Shown here one piece after another: positions 1-9,246 of a stretch of DNA of 36,399 bases (the first letter of the stretch is position 1; every line of letters begins with the position of its first letter). The notes below the pieces were generated by a model. The model saw only the letters and a list, made by a program, of their open reading frames with translations. It did no database searches and was not told the origin of the DNA. The translations under genes and the position numbers were made by a program. This DNA comes from a virus (Duplodnaviria; Caudoviricetes), in IMG/VR virus record IMGVR_UViG_3300025339_000010, positions 1 through 36,399 of that record. One strand, given 5' to 3'.

Positions 1-2
1 AT

Positions 3-197
3 TTGCTAGAGGAAACAGATTATCAAGGAAATGTTGTTTGGAAAATTATGTCATGGACTGAACCTAAATTAGATTGGCTTAATGATTTAAAAACTAAAAA
101 ACATAATTTAACGATTACAGAACTTGTGGCTGGCAATATTAAACATATTGATGGAGTAAAAAAATATGATTCATCTAAATTTGTGGTGGGTTTATAA
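3..197 (+). CDS. Hypothetical phage protein, 5'-truncated at the window edge
   Basis: Open frame from the window start; may continue the ORF that starts at 36271. Confidence 0.6.
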   Translation: MLEETDYQGNVVWKIMSWTEPKLDWLNDLKTKKHNLTITELVAGNIKHIDGVKKYDSSKFVVGL

Positions 198-285
198 ATT
201 AATTGGCTTTTTGCTTTGGATTGTTATAGCATTAGTTTTGGGCATGGTTCTTTTTTATCTTATAGAGGATTATTTAGATGACTAA
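166..285 (+). CDS. Small single-TM membrane protein (39 aa, MIHLNLWWVYKLIGFLLWIVIALVLGMVLFYLIEDYLDD)
   Basis: Read manually (below the ORF-track cutoff); GGAG upstream; long hydrophobic stretch; fills the gap between neighbours. Confidence 0.5.
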   Translation: MIHLNLWWVYKLIGFLLWIVIALVLGMVLFYLIEDYLDD

Positions 286-592
286 ATTAATCGCATTATT
301 AACAGCATTATTAATCGCACCATCAGCTATGGCTCATGGATACTATGGTGGTTATCATGGCGGATATGGCAGTCATTATTATCATGGCGGTGGCGGTTAT
401 GCAGCTCCACTTATTGGTGGGATGGTTGTAGGCGGTGTAGTAGGTTATGCATTAGCGCATCCAGCAACATCAGTTACTCCACCACCGATTGTTATTTACC
501 ATGATATTCCAGTTGGTTATCATCAAGAGCTTATTAAAGATGCTAACTGCAATTGTTTTAGAAATGTCATTTTGCCAGACTACAGACCATGA
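278..592 (+). CDS. Secreted/periplasmic Gly-Tyr-His-rich protein
   Basis: Signal peptide ending in A-M-A; GYYGGYHGG repeats; glycine-zipper-like GGMVVGGVVG; Pro-rich segment; C-terminal CNC; GAGG RBS. Confidence 0.7.
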   Translation: MTKLIALLTALLIAPSAMAHGYYGGYHGGYGSHYYHGGGGYAAPLIGGMVVGGVVGYALAHPATSVTPPPIVIYHDIPVGYHQELIKDANCNCFRNVILPDYRP

Positions 593-690
593 AATTAATA
601 GATTGGTGTATTAGGGTTTTAGTTGCAGGCGGTCTGATTGGATTTTTAATTGGACTATTTACAATCATAGATTTAATGTTGATAAGATGA
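589..690 (+). CDS. Small membrane protein (33 aa, MKLIDWCIRVLVAGGLIGFLIGLFTIIDLMLIR)
   Basis: ATGA overlaps with both the upstream and downstream genes; one hydrophobic helix. Confidence 0.55.
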   Translation: MKLIDWCIRVLVAGGLIGFLIGLFTIIDLMLIR

Positions 691-860
691 ATACATTTAG
701 ATATTTGGTCATCGATGATTTTGGCGATGCAATCAGAAAGTTTATGACAAAGCATGAAGCTATGTTTTATGTTTTAAATAAGCCACAACATAAGATTAAA
801 AAATTAGATGTGCCAAAAATTAATATATTTGATTTAATCAAGGATGAACCATTATTTTAA
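687..860 (+). CDS. Hypothetical protein (57 aa, MNTFRYLVIDDFGDAIRKF...)
   Basis: ATGA-coupled; fills the gap before 869. Confidence 0.6.
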   Translation: MNTFRYLVIDDFGDAIRKFMTKHEAMFYVLNKPQHKIKKLDVPKINIFDLIKDEPLF

Positions 861-868
861 GGAAACTT

Positions 869-1291
869 ATGACACCACAAGACAAAATAGCATTTAAGCA
901 AGTTATGGATACAGTCACAGCTTTATATCAAAAACCACAACTCGATATAGATACATTAAGAGTTTGGTTTGGAAAGCTAGAAAAGTTTGAGTTTAATATA
1001 GTGACTAAAGCTTTTGATAAATGGGTTGATAATAATAAATTCATGCCCACTGTATTTGACATTCTACAACTCTGCCGGGAAAAGCCAATAGAGTTTGTTC
1101 AATTAAAAGCTCCCACATTAACAAAACAACAAAATCATCAATATTCGCATGAGGTTCTTAAATTCATGGCTGAACAACAAACTAATAAACCAAAAGATAT
1201 GAGAGCGTGGGCAAAACGCATTATTGCTAATCCTAAAAACTATCCAACTATATCTTTAAAGTTTGCAAAGGAAGCTCTCAATGCAAATTAA
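869..1291 (+). CDS. Replicative helicase loader/inhibitor-like protein (G39P/lambda P-like)
   Basis: Pattern 'Y..P.....LRVWF..L..F....V..AF..W.....FMPTV.DI...C' typical of phage helicase-loader domains; AAGGA RBS. Confidence 0.6.
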   Translation: MTPQDKIAFKQVMDTVTALYQKPQLDIDTLRVWFGKLEKFEFNIVTKAFDKWVDNNKFMPTVFDILQLCREKPIEFVQLKAPTLTKQQNHQYSHEVLKFMAEQQTNKPKDMRAWAKRIIANPKNYPTISLKFAKEALNAN

Positions 1292-1529
1292 ATGGAAAAA
1301 GATTAGCGAATGGGCTATTGAATGTGGTCAAATCAATGTTACAAAAGCAAAAGTAATGGATACTGAAAAGTTTGTTGTTTGGAATCAAGGAAAGCTCGTT
1401 CAAATATATAAGACATCAAAGGAAGCTAAAGATTATGCAATTTCACTTATCGAAACAATCAATGCCAACGCTGATACTGGAATTAAATCGGTTACTAGAA
1501 AAAAATCAACTATTACTGATTACAATTAA
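1281..1529 (+). CDS. Hypothetical phage protein
   Basis: ORF track gives 1263..1529; the ATG at 1281 with upstream AAGGA is the more likely start. Confidence 0.55.
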   Translation: MQIKWKKISEWAIECGQINVTKAKVMDTEKFVVWNQGKLVQIYKTSKEAKDYAISLIETINANADTGIKSVTRKKSTITDYN

Positions 1530-1788
1530 ATCAAATGATGTCCGTTCTAAAGATCAAAACAAGCGGCTTTGGGGTTATCTTTATAAGTCTGTCGGTGATT
1601 TTCTTGGGTATTCAAGCATGGAAATACATTATTTGTGCGGTGCTATGTTTCTTACATCCGATATAACCATTCATGGTAAAACTATTCAACACACTAAAAG
1701 CACAACTGATTTAACTGTTTCTGAAATGGCAAACTATATGACGCAAATTGAAGCGTATTTTGCACAATTTGGATGGTCAGGTGAATGA
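1435..1788 (+). CDS. ninB: NinB/Orf-family recombination protein
   Basis: RS.DQN.RLW and C-terminal STTDLTV.EM..Y...IEAY motifs; likely start ATG 1435. Confidence 0.75.
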   Translation: MQFHLSKQSMPTLILELNRLLEKNQLLLITIKSNDVRSKDQNKRLWGYLYKSVGDFLGYSSMEIHYLCGAMFLTSDITIHGKTIQHTKSTTDLTVSEMANYMTQIEAYFAQFGWSGE

Positions 1789-2309
1789 TCACAATTCCAT
1801 TAGATCAAAATATAATTTATTACTGTCGTGGTTTATTAAAAAATAATAATTTTGGTCAGCGTGGCATAGCTGATGGAAACCAATCCGAACAGTTGCGAGG
1901 TATAGTTGGTCAATGCATGGTTATGGATTTGCTTGGTTTAGCATTAATAGAAGCTGATGGATTTGATAAAGGCATTGATTTTACATTTAATGGCAAAACC
2001 TATGATGTTAAAACAATGGGCAGAACTGTTGATCCGGAAGATTACTATGTAAACAATCTTATTGGTCATCAAATAAATTACAAAGTTGATCGTTATATAT
2101 TTTGCAGTTTAAACAAAATTAACATGAATTTAACTATATGCGGATGGATTGATAAAAATAAATTTGCAGAAAAAGCAAATTTTTATCCATTAGGAATGGA
2201 AAGAACACGCTCTGATGGCACTTCTTTTAAAACTAAAGCTGATCTATATGAAATTCCTAATAATCTTTTAAATCAAATCAATTCAATTAATGATCTAATT
2301 ACATTATGA
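1785..2309 (+). CDS. Putative PD-(D/E)XK nuclease-fold protein
   Basis: G..GQ...D.GIDF....KTYDVKT catalytic-like motif; ATGA overlaps at both ends. Confidence 0.5.
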   Translation: MITIPLDQNIIYYCRGLLKNNNFGQRGIADGNQSEQLRGIVGQCMVMDLLGLALIEADGFDKGIDFTFNGKTYDVKTMGRTVDPEDYYVNNLIGHQINYKVDRYIFCSLNKINMNLTICGWIDKNKFAEKANFYPLGMERTRSDGTSFKTKADLYEIPNNLLNQINSINDLITL

Positions 2310-2596
2310 CTAAAGACGAAAGAAAGCATTATGACAAACTGGTTCAAATTGGGTGCATTGTTTGTAGGAATCTTGGTTTTGGTTATTCAGCTCCACATAT
2401 TCATCACATTAGGCATGGGGCTGGATTGGCTATGCGTAGCCATTGGAGTATGGCTATCCCTTTATGTCCAAATCATCATCAAAATGGTGGTTATGGAGTG
2501 GCACTTCATTCAGGGCAAAAGACATTTGAAGCAAAATATGGATCGGAAGTAGATTTATTGCAACAAACTTTAGACTTGCTAAATAAGAAAGGATAA
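2306..2596 (+). CDS. Ref-like (RecA-dependent) HNH/zinc-finger nuclease
   Basis: GCIVC...HIHHIR.G.G...IPLC.NHH...LH.G...FE..YG motif set. Confidence 0.75.
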   Translation: MTKDERKHYDKLVQIGCIVCRNLGFGYSAPHIHHIRHGAGLAMRSHWSMAIPLCPNHHQNGGYGVALHSGQKTFEAKYGSEVDLLQQTLDLLNKKG

Positions 2597-2598
2597 GT

Positions 2599-2658
2599 AT
2601 GGTAGAATTTATGATAATTGCCATTTGCATTTTTATGGCTTTACAGGCTTTTAAATAA
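2599..2658 (+). CDS. Tiny hydrophobic peptide (19 aa, MVEFMIIAICIFMALQAFK)
   Basis: AAAGGA RBS upstream; exactly fills the intergenic gap. Confidence 0.35.
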   Translation: MVEFMIIAICIFMALQAFK

Positions 2659-2667
2659 GGATCAAAT

Positions 2668-3096
2668 ATGGACAAAAAGGTATATTCAATTAAAGAAGCT
2701 AAACAGGATTTAGGCACAAAGCCAACGATTGGTGAATTTTGCTTAACTATGCTTCATCAAGGCACTAATTCACACATTATTCATTTACAAACTAAATCCA
2801 GAACTGAACACAAAATCTTGCAAAAGTTTTATCGTAGAGTTGTGGAAAAAGCAGACGATATTATAGAAATGTGGCAAGGCGTAAATGCTCCACAAATTAT
2901 TGAATATCCTGATAAATGGATTCCGCCTTTAAAAAATGGTTTAGATGACATTATGCGATTCAGAAAATATATGGAAGATAATCGAGATGTATTAGGTGAT
3001 GATTCTGGATTACAAAACCAAATGGATGACATGATGGAATTAATTAATGCCATTGTTTATAAAGAATCAAGATTTGTTGAAAAGAAAGGTCCATAA
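2668..3096 (+). CDS. Ferritin/Dps-like four-helix protein (DUF5856-like)
   Basis: H.IHLQTKS..EHK.L..FY......D.I.E..QG ... LQN..D....LIN...YK pattern. Confidence 0.65.
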   Translation: MDKKVYSIKEAKQDLGTKPTIGEFCLTMLHQGTNSHIIHLQTKSRTEHKILQKFYRRVVEKADDIIEMWQGVNAPQIIEYPDKWIPPLKNGLDDIMRFRKYMEDNRDVLGDDSGLQNQMDDMMELINAIVYKESRFVEKKGP

Positions 3097-3296
3097 TGCA
3101 AGATAAAACATTAAAAGAAGCAGTCCAATATATTGCTAATATATATAAATCAGTTGAGCAAGAAGCTAAATCATGGAAGTTTAATCAAAGTGATCTTGAT
3201 GCTGAATTAAAGAAAACCAATCCAATGACAGTTGAATATGGTATTTTAATGATGATCAAACAAAGCGTAGATGCCAAGAACGCCACAAAACACTAA
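3096..3296 (+). CDS. Hypothetical protein
   Basis: TAATG coupling to the upstream gene. Confidence 0.55.
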   Translation: MQDKTLKEAVQYIANIYKSVEQEAKSWKFNQSDLDAELKKTNPMTVEYGILMMIKQSVDAKNATKH

Positions 3297-3708
3297 ATGT
3301 CGTGAATTAGGATGCATGAATCCTAAAACTAATAGATCAACATTTTGTGAACAACATGGTGGTGGCGCAACTGAAAAGATTAAACAAAATAGTAAGCTAT
3401 ATTCAACATCCTATTGGAAACAAGTTAGATTACAACAATTAAGCGCACAACCATTATGTGCTTGTTGTTTGTTAAAAGGTAAAGTAGTTCAAGCAACAGT
3501 TGTGGACCATATATTTCCACATAAACAAGATTCGGATAAATTTAAAGTGAATAATTTTCAAAGTTTATGCCCATCTTGTCATACAAATAAAACATTAGAA
3601 GAAAATAATGGAAAATATCTTTATTACTCACCTAATGGAATAATTACTTATACCGAAGCAGACTATGGCAAAACTATTGACCAAACAGAATTTACGAAAG
3701 ATTTATAA
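3271..3708 (+). CDS. HNH endonuclease (HK97 gp74-like, packaging-associated)
   Basis: N-terminal C...GC...FCEQH; PLCACC...VVDHI.PH...NFQSLC.SCHT.KT. Confidence 0.85.
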   Translation: MPRTPQNTKCRELGCMNPKTNRSTFCEQHGGGATEKIKQNSKLYSTSYWKQVRLQQLSAQPLCACCLLKGKVVQATVVDHIFPHKQDSDKFKVNNFQSLCPSCHTNKTLEENNGKYLYYSPNGIITYTEADYGKTIDQTEFTKDL

Positions 3709-4006
3709 ATTATTTTGCACTTTACCGCCATTCAATGAATACAAAATGCCACAACCACAAAAAGTCCAATTCGGAATCATTGATACTAATGATGTATTGG
3801 GTTATTTTCATTTTGAACCTTACAGGATTGAAATTGATGTAGCTAATGACAGTTGGCTGAAACTATCGGAAACTATGTTGCATGAAATGGTGCATTTATG
3901 TAGATGTCATAATGGTCATAATGATTTTACTGAACATAATGCCAAATTTGACATATATGCAAAAAGGATTTGTTCGTTATATAATTTTAATTTAGAGGAG
4001 TTTTAA
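3665..4006 (+). CDS. SprT-like zinc metalloprotease domain protein
   Basis: TMLHEMVH (HExxH) followed by H...F. Confidence 0.7.
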   Translation: MAKLLTKQNLRKIYKLFCTLPPFNEYKMPQPQKVQFGIIDTNDVLGYFHFEPYRIEIDVANDSWLKLSETMLHEMVHLCRCHNGHNDFTEHNAKFDIYAKRICSLYNFNLEEF

Positions 4007-4007
4007 A

Positions 4008-4226
4008 ATGAAAGAAAAATTAAAGCAATTAGGCGATTTTTTATTAGAAGTTGCATTATTTGGTTTTAGAGTATTTTTATCTGTTTCATTTGCGCTTGTG
4101 AATGAATTAGTTGTTGTTTTAACCAAATTAGACACATTAATCAATAAAGAAATTACAAAAGTTGATGTTCAAGTTGCAAAGCCAGTTCAAGCAACACCAG
4201 CTCCAACAGGATTGACAATCAATTGA
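4008..4226 (+). CDS. Hypothetical (possibly membrane-associated) protein
   Basis: GAGGAG RBS; hydrophobic central helix. Confidence 0.6.
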   Translation: MKEKLKQLGDFLLEVALFGFRVFLSVSFALVNELVVVLTKLDTLINKEITKVDVQVAKPVQATPAPTGLTIN

Positions 4227-4738
4227 ATTGGTTAATACAAATTGCTCCAACTATTGCATCAGCATTAGGTGGACCATTAGCTGGAATTGCCGTAACTGCA
4301 TTATGCAAAGCAATGAATTTGAATGAACATGAAGTTCAAGGCATTATTCAAACTGGAAAATTGACATCAGATCAAATTGAGCAAATTAAGTTGGCTGAAA
4401 TTGAATTAAAACGCCAACAACAAGAATTAGGTCTTGATTTTGAAAAATTGATTGTTGCGGATAGTGTTTCTGCTCGAAATATGGAAATTGTTACAAAATC
4501 TCATATTCCTGCAATTTTGGCATCAATTACAACAATTGGATTTTTTGGTATTTTAATTTTATTGTTTTTTAATAAAGTTGATCCAGCTAATAATGCTTTG
4601 ATGATTATGTTAGGTTCATTAGGAACTGCATGGACTGGCGTTATATCGTTTTATTTTGGTTCATCTCATGGCAGTCAAATGAAAGATCAAATGCTTTATA
4701 ATTCAAAACCAGTAAATCCAAATGAACAAATAGGATAA
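4223..4738 (+). CDS. Holin (3TM-holin-like)
   Basis: IAPTIASALGGPLAG N-terminus, D..SAR..E, two C-terminal TM helices ending in FYFGSS.GS..KD; directly precedes the endolysin. Confidence 0.75.
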   Translation: MNWLIQIAPTIASALGGPLAGIAVTALCKAMNLNEHEVQGIIQTGKLTSDQIEQIKLAEIELKRQQQELGLDFEKLIVADSVSARNMEIVTKSHIPAILASITTIGFFGILILLFFNKVDPANNALMIMLGSLGTAWTGVISFYFGSSHGSQMKDQMLYNSKPVNPNEQIG

Positions 4739-4740
4739 AA

Positions 4741-5178
4741 ATGCAAATATCACAACATTTTACATTAGAAGAATTAACATTTAGCGAAATTGCACTACGA
4801 AACAATATTGATAACACACCAGACAATATTATTATTGGAAATTTAACTCGTTTGGCTAATTTGCTTGAACAAGTTAGAACATTAATTGGCAAACCAATTC
4901 GAGTTAATTCAGCATATCGTAGTTTAATTGTAAATAAATTAGTCGGTGGACAATCTAATTCGCAACATTGTTTAGGTTGTGCCGCCGATATTCGTATTGA
5001 TGGAATGACACCAGATCAAATCATTAAAGTCATAATGGATAGCAATATTCAATATGATCAAATCATTCGTGAGTTTGATTCATGGGTTCACATATCAATA
5101 CCTAATGGCGAAGGTTATGTGCCAAGACACAATGCTTACATTATTGACAAGAATGGAACAAGACCTTATCTCGCATAA
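4741..5178 (+). CDS. Endolysin, peptidase M15A (Zn D-Ala-D-Ala-type)
   Basis: HFTLEELT.S, SAYRS...N..VGG..NSQH..GCAADI, WVHIS. Confidence 0.9.
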   Translation: MQISQHFTLEELTFSEIALRNNIDNTPDNIIIGNLTRLANLLEQVRTLIGKPIRVNSAYRSLIVNKLVGGQSNSQHCLGCAADIRIDGMTPDQIIKVIMDSNIQYDQIIREFDSWVHISIPNGEGYVPRHNAYIIDKNGTRPYLA

Positions 5179-5480
5179 TGCGAAAACTTTTACTAGGACA
5201 AGACATGAATCGAACCGACATCTTGCGTAATGCAACCGAAATCATAAACCATGATAGGCAATCTACACATGGCAATCCAGAAGATAGCTTTGCCAATATA
5301 GCTAACTTGTGGTCAGCTTATCTTGATAAAACAATCAGCACACAACAAGTTGCAATAATGATGATCTTATTGAAAGTGGCACGAACAAAAAATGGCAACA
5401 ATCACATTGATAACTTTATTGACATTGCTGGATACTCTGCATTGGCTGGCGAAATAGGATTGCGTAATGATGGCGAATAA
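5178..5480 (+). CDS. DUF6378-like phage protein
   Basis: IL..A..II..DR...HGNP..SF..IA.LWS.YL...VA.MM.LLKVAR....H.DN..D.AGY; alternative start at 5205. Confidence 0.8.
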   Translation: MRKLLLGQDMNRTDILRNATEIINHDRQSTHGNPEDSFANIANLWSAYLDKTISTQQVAIMMILLKVARTKNGNNHIDNFIDIAGYSALAGEIGLRNDGE

Positions 5481-5558
5481 TAACTCAGAATTTCTTTGTT
5501 TTGCAAACGAGCAGGCGGGGACACAAATTTCTGCATTTGAAGTTTGTGAGGGGGGTGT

Positions 5559-6038
5559 ATGACACAAGCACGCAACAAACTACCACCAGAGCTTCACATT
5601 GTGCATGGCACGCAAGGAAAAAACATGGGAACAACCTTGCCTGAAAAAATTAAGCAAAGGATTCCCAAAGCGTATTGGCTTACCAACCCTTCCGCATGGA
5701 ACGAGGATCGGTTCATCGAGGAAACTGCTGAATATCTTTACGCAGTTTATGGCATAGGTTCTGAACAAGACCAACATACTCTTTCATTCCTAGCAACTCA
5801 AATTACTTTGTATATTCAATGTTTGGTCAATGTAAAAGAAAATGGCATTGTTACTGAATACAATAATGGTAAGACACTTGGTCCAAGTCCATATATGGCT
5901 TTAATGGATAAGCTCTTGCAACGCATCATTGTTTTAATGAACGAACTTGGATTAACGCCTAGAGGTCGATTAGCTAAAACTTCTACAGACGATTCTAGTC
6001 TTGGCGATTTGATGGCTGGTCCAGATAACTTTAAATGA
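5559..6038 (+). CDS. terS: Terminase small subunit (P27 family)
   Basis: C-terminal ELGLTP..R motif; sits immediately before terL. Confidence 0.85.
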   Translation: MTQARNKLPPELHIVHGTQGKNMGTTLPEKIKQRIPKAYWLTNPSAWNEDRFIEETAEYLYAVYGIGSEQDQHTLSFLATQITLYIQCLVNVKENGIVTEYNNGKTLGPSPYMALMDKLLQRIIVLMNELGLTPRGRLAKTSTDDSSLGDLMAGPDNFK

Positions 6039-7696
6039 ACGATTGGCAAGATGGAATCCAATATGCCATTGATGTAACAAAAGGTAATATTGAAGTATGT
6101 AATAATGTGAAGCTGGCTTGTCAGCGTTTTTTGGACTTCATGGAAAACAAACAATGGGAATACGAATTTGTCGTGCCTTATGTTCGACATTTTTTAAGAT
6201 TCCTAGATGTTCTCAAACACACCAAAGGACCTGATGCTGGTAAGCCAATCACTTTAGAACCATTCCAACTTATGTTGGTTTGTGCTATTTACGGATTCCG
6301 CCACAAAAAAGATCACACCAAACGAATGACAACAGATGTCATTGTGTTTATTCCTAGAAAAGCTGGTAAATCTACTTTAACTGCGGTTATTGCTTTATAT
6401 GAATTAATCTATGGTGAAGCTGGTGCTGAAGTATTTACTTTGGCTACCAATCGTGAACAAGCATCTATTGTTTTTGATGCGGCTTATGGAATGATTCAAG
6501 CCATGCCACAAACTGCCCAGAACTGGTTTAATTTAAGTAAATACCATATTGGCAAAGCTGGAGATTCACAGTCAATGTTTAGAGCATTATCTAGGGACAA
6601 TAAAAAGTCAGGTGATGGTAAGAACGCCAGTTGCGCCATTATTGATGAAGCGGCGCAGATTGTTGATCGTAACTCTATTGAGGTTATTCATTCTGGAATG
6701 GTGGCTCGTAAAAATCCATTAAGGATTTATATAACGACTGCATCATTTACTAAAGACACCAAGTTCTATGAAGATATGACGGCTTACGAATCCATGCTTC
6801 ATGGTGAAGCTCCAGACAATCCACATTGGTTTGGTCTTTTATATGGACTTGATCCACAGGATGACTGGCGAGATGCTAGAACATGGCGAAAATGTAATCC
6901 TATGCATGGCATATCTATTTATCAATCTGCCATTGAGGAAAGAGCGGCTCAAGCGGCTTTAAAACCAGCTTCATTAAATGAGTTCTTATGTAAGACACTT
7001 AATGTTTATGTATCTGCTAATACGGCATGGATTGATCGTCAGTATTGGGATGATTCTATAGACAAACCTAAAGATAGCCCGGAATCAGTTTTTATTGGTT
7101 TTGACTTGGCGGCAACTAGGGACTTAAATGCAGTCTGCACTTTGAAAAGATATGCAGATGATGATTACTTTGCAGAGTTTAAATTCTTTTTACCTGAAGA
7201 TGCAATGGAGTTGATTCCAACTCATTATCGTGGTATATTTGAGCAAGCGGTTCAATCTGGCATATTGCACATAACCGAAGGCAATGTGATGGATGATCGA
7301 GAGATTTCCGAATATATCAAAAACCAATGTTCTTTATATGATGTTAAAGAAGTTGGCTATGATGCTTACAATGCGGCAAGTTTAATTGCACGATTACACG
7401 ATCATGGCATACCAGTTAAAAAGGTTGGTCAAGGAATGGCAGTTTTAAGTAACCCATCCAAACATACTGAAAAACTGATTATGCAACATTCTATAAAACA
7501 TGAAGGAAACCCATTTATTGGTTGGCAACTTGGAAACTGCGAAGTTTACGAAGATGTCAATGGCAATATCAAGGTAAGAAAGAATGAAGCAGATAAGTCT
7601 GCGAAGGTTGATGGCATTATTGCGCTTATAATTGCAATGCATTGTTCACTTGATAATCCGATTGGATCAGATTCATACGGATTTAGAAGTTTTTAA
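6035..7696 (+). CDS. terL: Terminase large subunit
   Basis: Walker A PRKAGKS, Walker B AIIDEA, ITTA coupling motif, nuclease GFDLA..RDL and KVDGIIA. Confidence 0.97.
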   Translation: MNDWQDGIQYAIDVTKGNIEVCNNVKLACQRFLDFMENKQWEYEFVVPYVRHFLRFLDVLKHTKGPDAGKPITLEPFQLMLVCAIYGFRHKKDHTKRMTTDVIVFIPRKAGKSTLTAVIALYELIYGEAGAEVFTLATNREQASIVFDAAYGMIQAMPQTAQNWFNLSKYHIGKAGDSQSMFRALSRDNKKSGDGKNASCAIIDEAAQIVDRNSIEVIHSGMVARKNPLRIYITTASFTKDTKFYEDMTAYESMLHGEAPDNPHWFGLLYGLDPQDDWRDARTWRKCNPMHGISIYQSAIEERAAQAALKPASLNEFLCKTLNVYVSANTAWIDRQYWDDSIDKPKDSPESVFIGFDLAATRDLNAVCTLKRYADDDYFAEFKFFLPEDAMELIPTHYRGIFEQAVQSGILHITEGNVMDDREISEYIKNQCSLYDVKEVGYDAYNAASLIARLHDHGIPVKKVGQGMAVLSNPSKHTEKLIMQHSIKHEGNPFIGWQLGNCEVYEDVNGNIKVRKNEADKSAKVDGIIALIIAMHCSLDNPIGSDSYGFRSF

Positions 7697-7705
7697 AGGA
7701 AAAAT

Positions 7706-9136
7706 ATGGCAATATTTGATATATTCAACAGAAAAGGTAAGGGTTCAAAAGAATCCAATACACTTTTTGGTCAAACTGCATTAGGTAACAATGTATTAAG
7801 AAACATATCTAATGCCAAACAAATCCCAGTTTCAAACCAACTTTTATATGTAACAACATCATCTGTAACGGAATCAGGTCGAATTGTAGATATGTCGGTG
7901 TTAAGCCGCAATTCTACAGTTATGAGTTGCGTAGGCGTTAAAGCTCGTGCATTAGCTCAACTTCCAATTAAGATTATGGCTTATAACGATAAAGGTTTAT
8001 TGGTTGATGCACTTTTAGATGAATCTGTTGGTCCAAGAGATCAGATTAAAGCAAAACAAGTTGCAAGTTTATTAATGCAACCAAATAACTTTCAATCATC
8101 ATACGAATACTGGTATCAATTTGTAATGTGGTTAGATTTAGCTGGTGAAGTATTTACTGCTTTATGGCGTAAAGACCAACAAAATATGGCTTTAACTCCA
8201 TTGGAAATGTATATATTAGATTCAACTTTAATCACCGCTCAATTAACTCCAACTCGTTATCCACAATATAGATTATCTACTTCTACATATGGATTTAATA
8301 AAGAAGCTCCATTAGAATATTGGCAAGTGATTCATTTAAAAGAAGCGGCTTGGCAAGGTTCAGCCGGCTTCAATAAAGGCACATTAGCCGTAGAATTAAT
8401 TGGTTTAGATCAAGACATTGATAACTATGCCAACTTTGTAATGATGAATGGTGCTAAACCTTCTGGAATGTTTACAACAACTCAAGTTATTCCAGATGTT
8501 AAATACAAAGAGATTGCCGCAAGACTAAAAGAAGCATGGGCTTCAATGACTGGCTCAAGATCAACTGATCAAAGCAAGCCCGGTCAATCAATCTTGCTTG
8601 ATAATGGTATGACATATACTCCAATTCATATGCTTACACTTCAAGATGCTGAAGCGGCTCAATTGAAGATGCAAACTATGAAACGAATTTGTGGATTGTT
8701 TGGTGTTCCGCCAGCTTTAATTGGAATGGATAGTGGTAAGTTCAATAACACACAAACATTGTTAGATGAATTTTATAAATCTACAATGAATCCATTGATT
8801 ACTAATATTGAACAAAAATTTAAGACAAGTTTGTTAGCTGGATACCCAAATCTATGCATTAAATTCCAGACACAAGATTTTCTTAAAGGCGCACCAATTG
8901 ATCAAATGAATTTTGCCGTTGCTGGTATATCTGCTGGTATAATGACACCTAATGAAGCTCGTGAATATTTAGGTTACGAGAACAAAGAAGGTGGCGATGA
9001 ATTACAAGCTACTAAACCACAAGGAATTACAGTAGGCGGCGCACCAAAAGACATAACCGGATCATCACCACAAGATACAGGCGGTGGCGGAAATACATCT
9101 TCTGTTGGTAAAACTGGCAGAGCTGGTAAAGCATAA
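7706..9136 (+). CDS. Portal protein (HK97 family)
   Basis: V.SCV...A..LAQLP, L..PN, NGAKPSG, ICGLFGVPP.LIG, GIMTPNEAR..LG. Confidence 0.95.
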   Translation: MAIFDIFNRKGKGSKESNTLFGQTALGNNVLRNISNAKQIPVSNQLLYVTTSSVTESGRIVDMSVLSRNSTVMSCVGVKARALAQLPIKIMAYNDKGLLVDALLDESVGPRDQIKAKQVASLLMQPNNFQSSYEYWYQFVMWLDLAGEVFTALWRKDQQNMALTPLEMYILDSTLITAQLTPTRYPQYRLSTSTYGFNKEAPLEYWQVIHLKEAAWQGSAGFNKGTLAVELIGLDQDIDNYANFVMMNGAKPSGMFTTTQVIPDVKYKEIAARLKEAWASMTGSRSTDQSKPGQSILLDNGMTYTPIHMLTLQDAEAAQLKMQTMKRICGLFGVPPALIGMDSGKFNNTQTLLDEFYKSTMNPLITNIEQKFKTSLLAGYPNLCIKFQTQDFLKGAPIDQMNFAVAGISAGIMTPNEAREYLGYENKEGGDELQATKPQGITVGGAPKDITGSSPQDTGGGGNTSSVGKTGRAGKA

Positions 9137-9246
9137 TGACACTAGAAGATTTGCTTAAATTATTAACCCAATCGGCTAACAAACGCAAAAAGAAACCGAT
9201 TGAAACCAACGGAATGAAAAATAAGGGAGTGCCAATCAATGACTAA
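9136..9246 (+). CDS. Small basic protein (36 aa, MTLEDLLKLLTQSANKRKKKPIETNGMKNKGVPIND)
   Basis: TAATG-coupled to the portal stop; overlaps the protease start. Confidence 0.4.
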   Translation: MTLEDLLKLLTQSANKRKKKPIETNGMKNKGVPIND

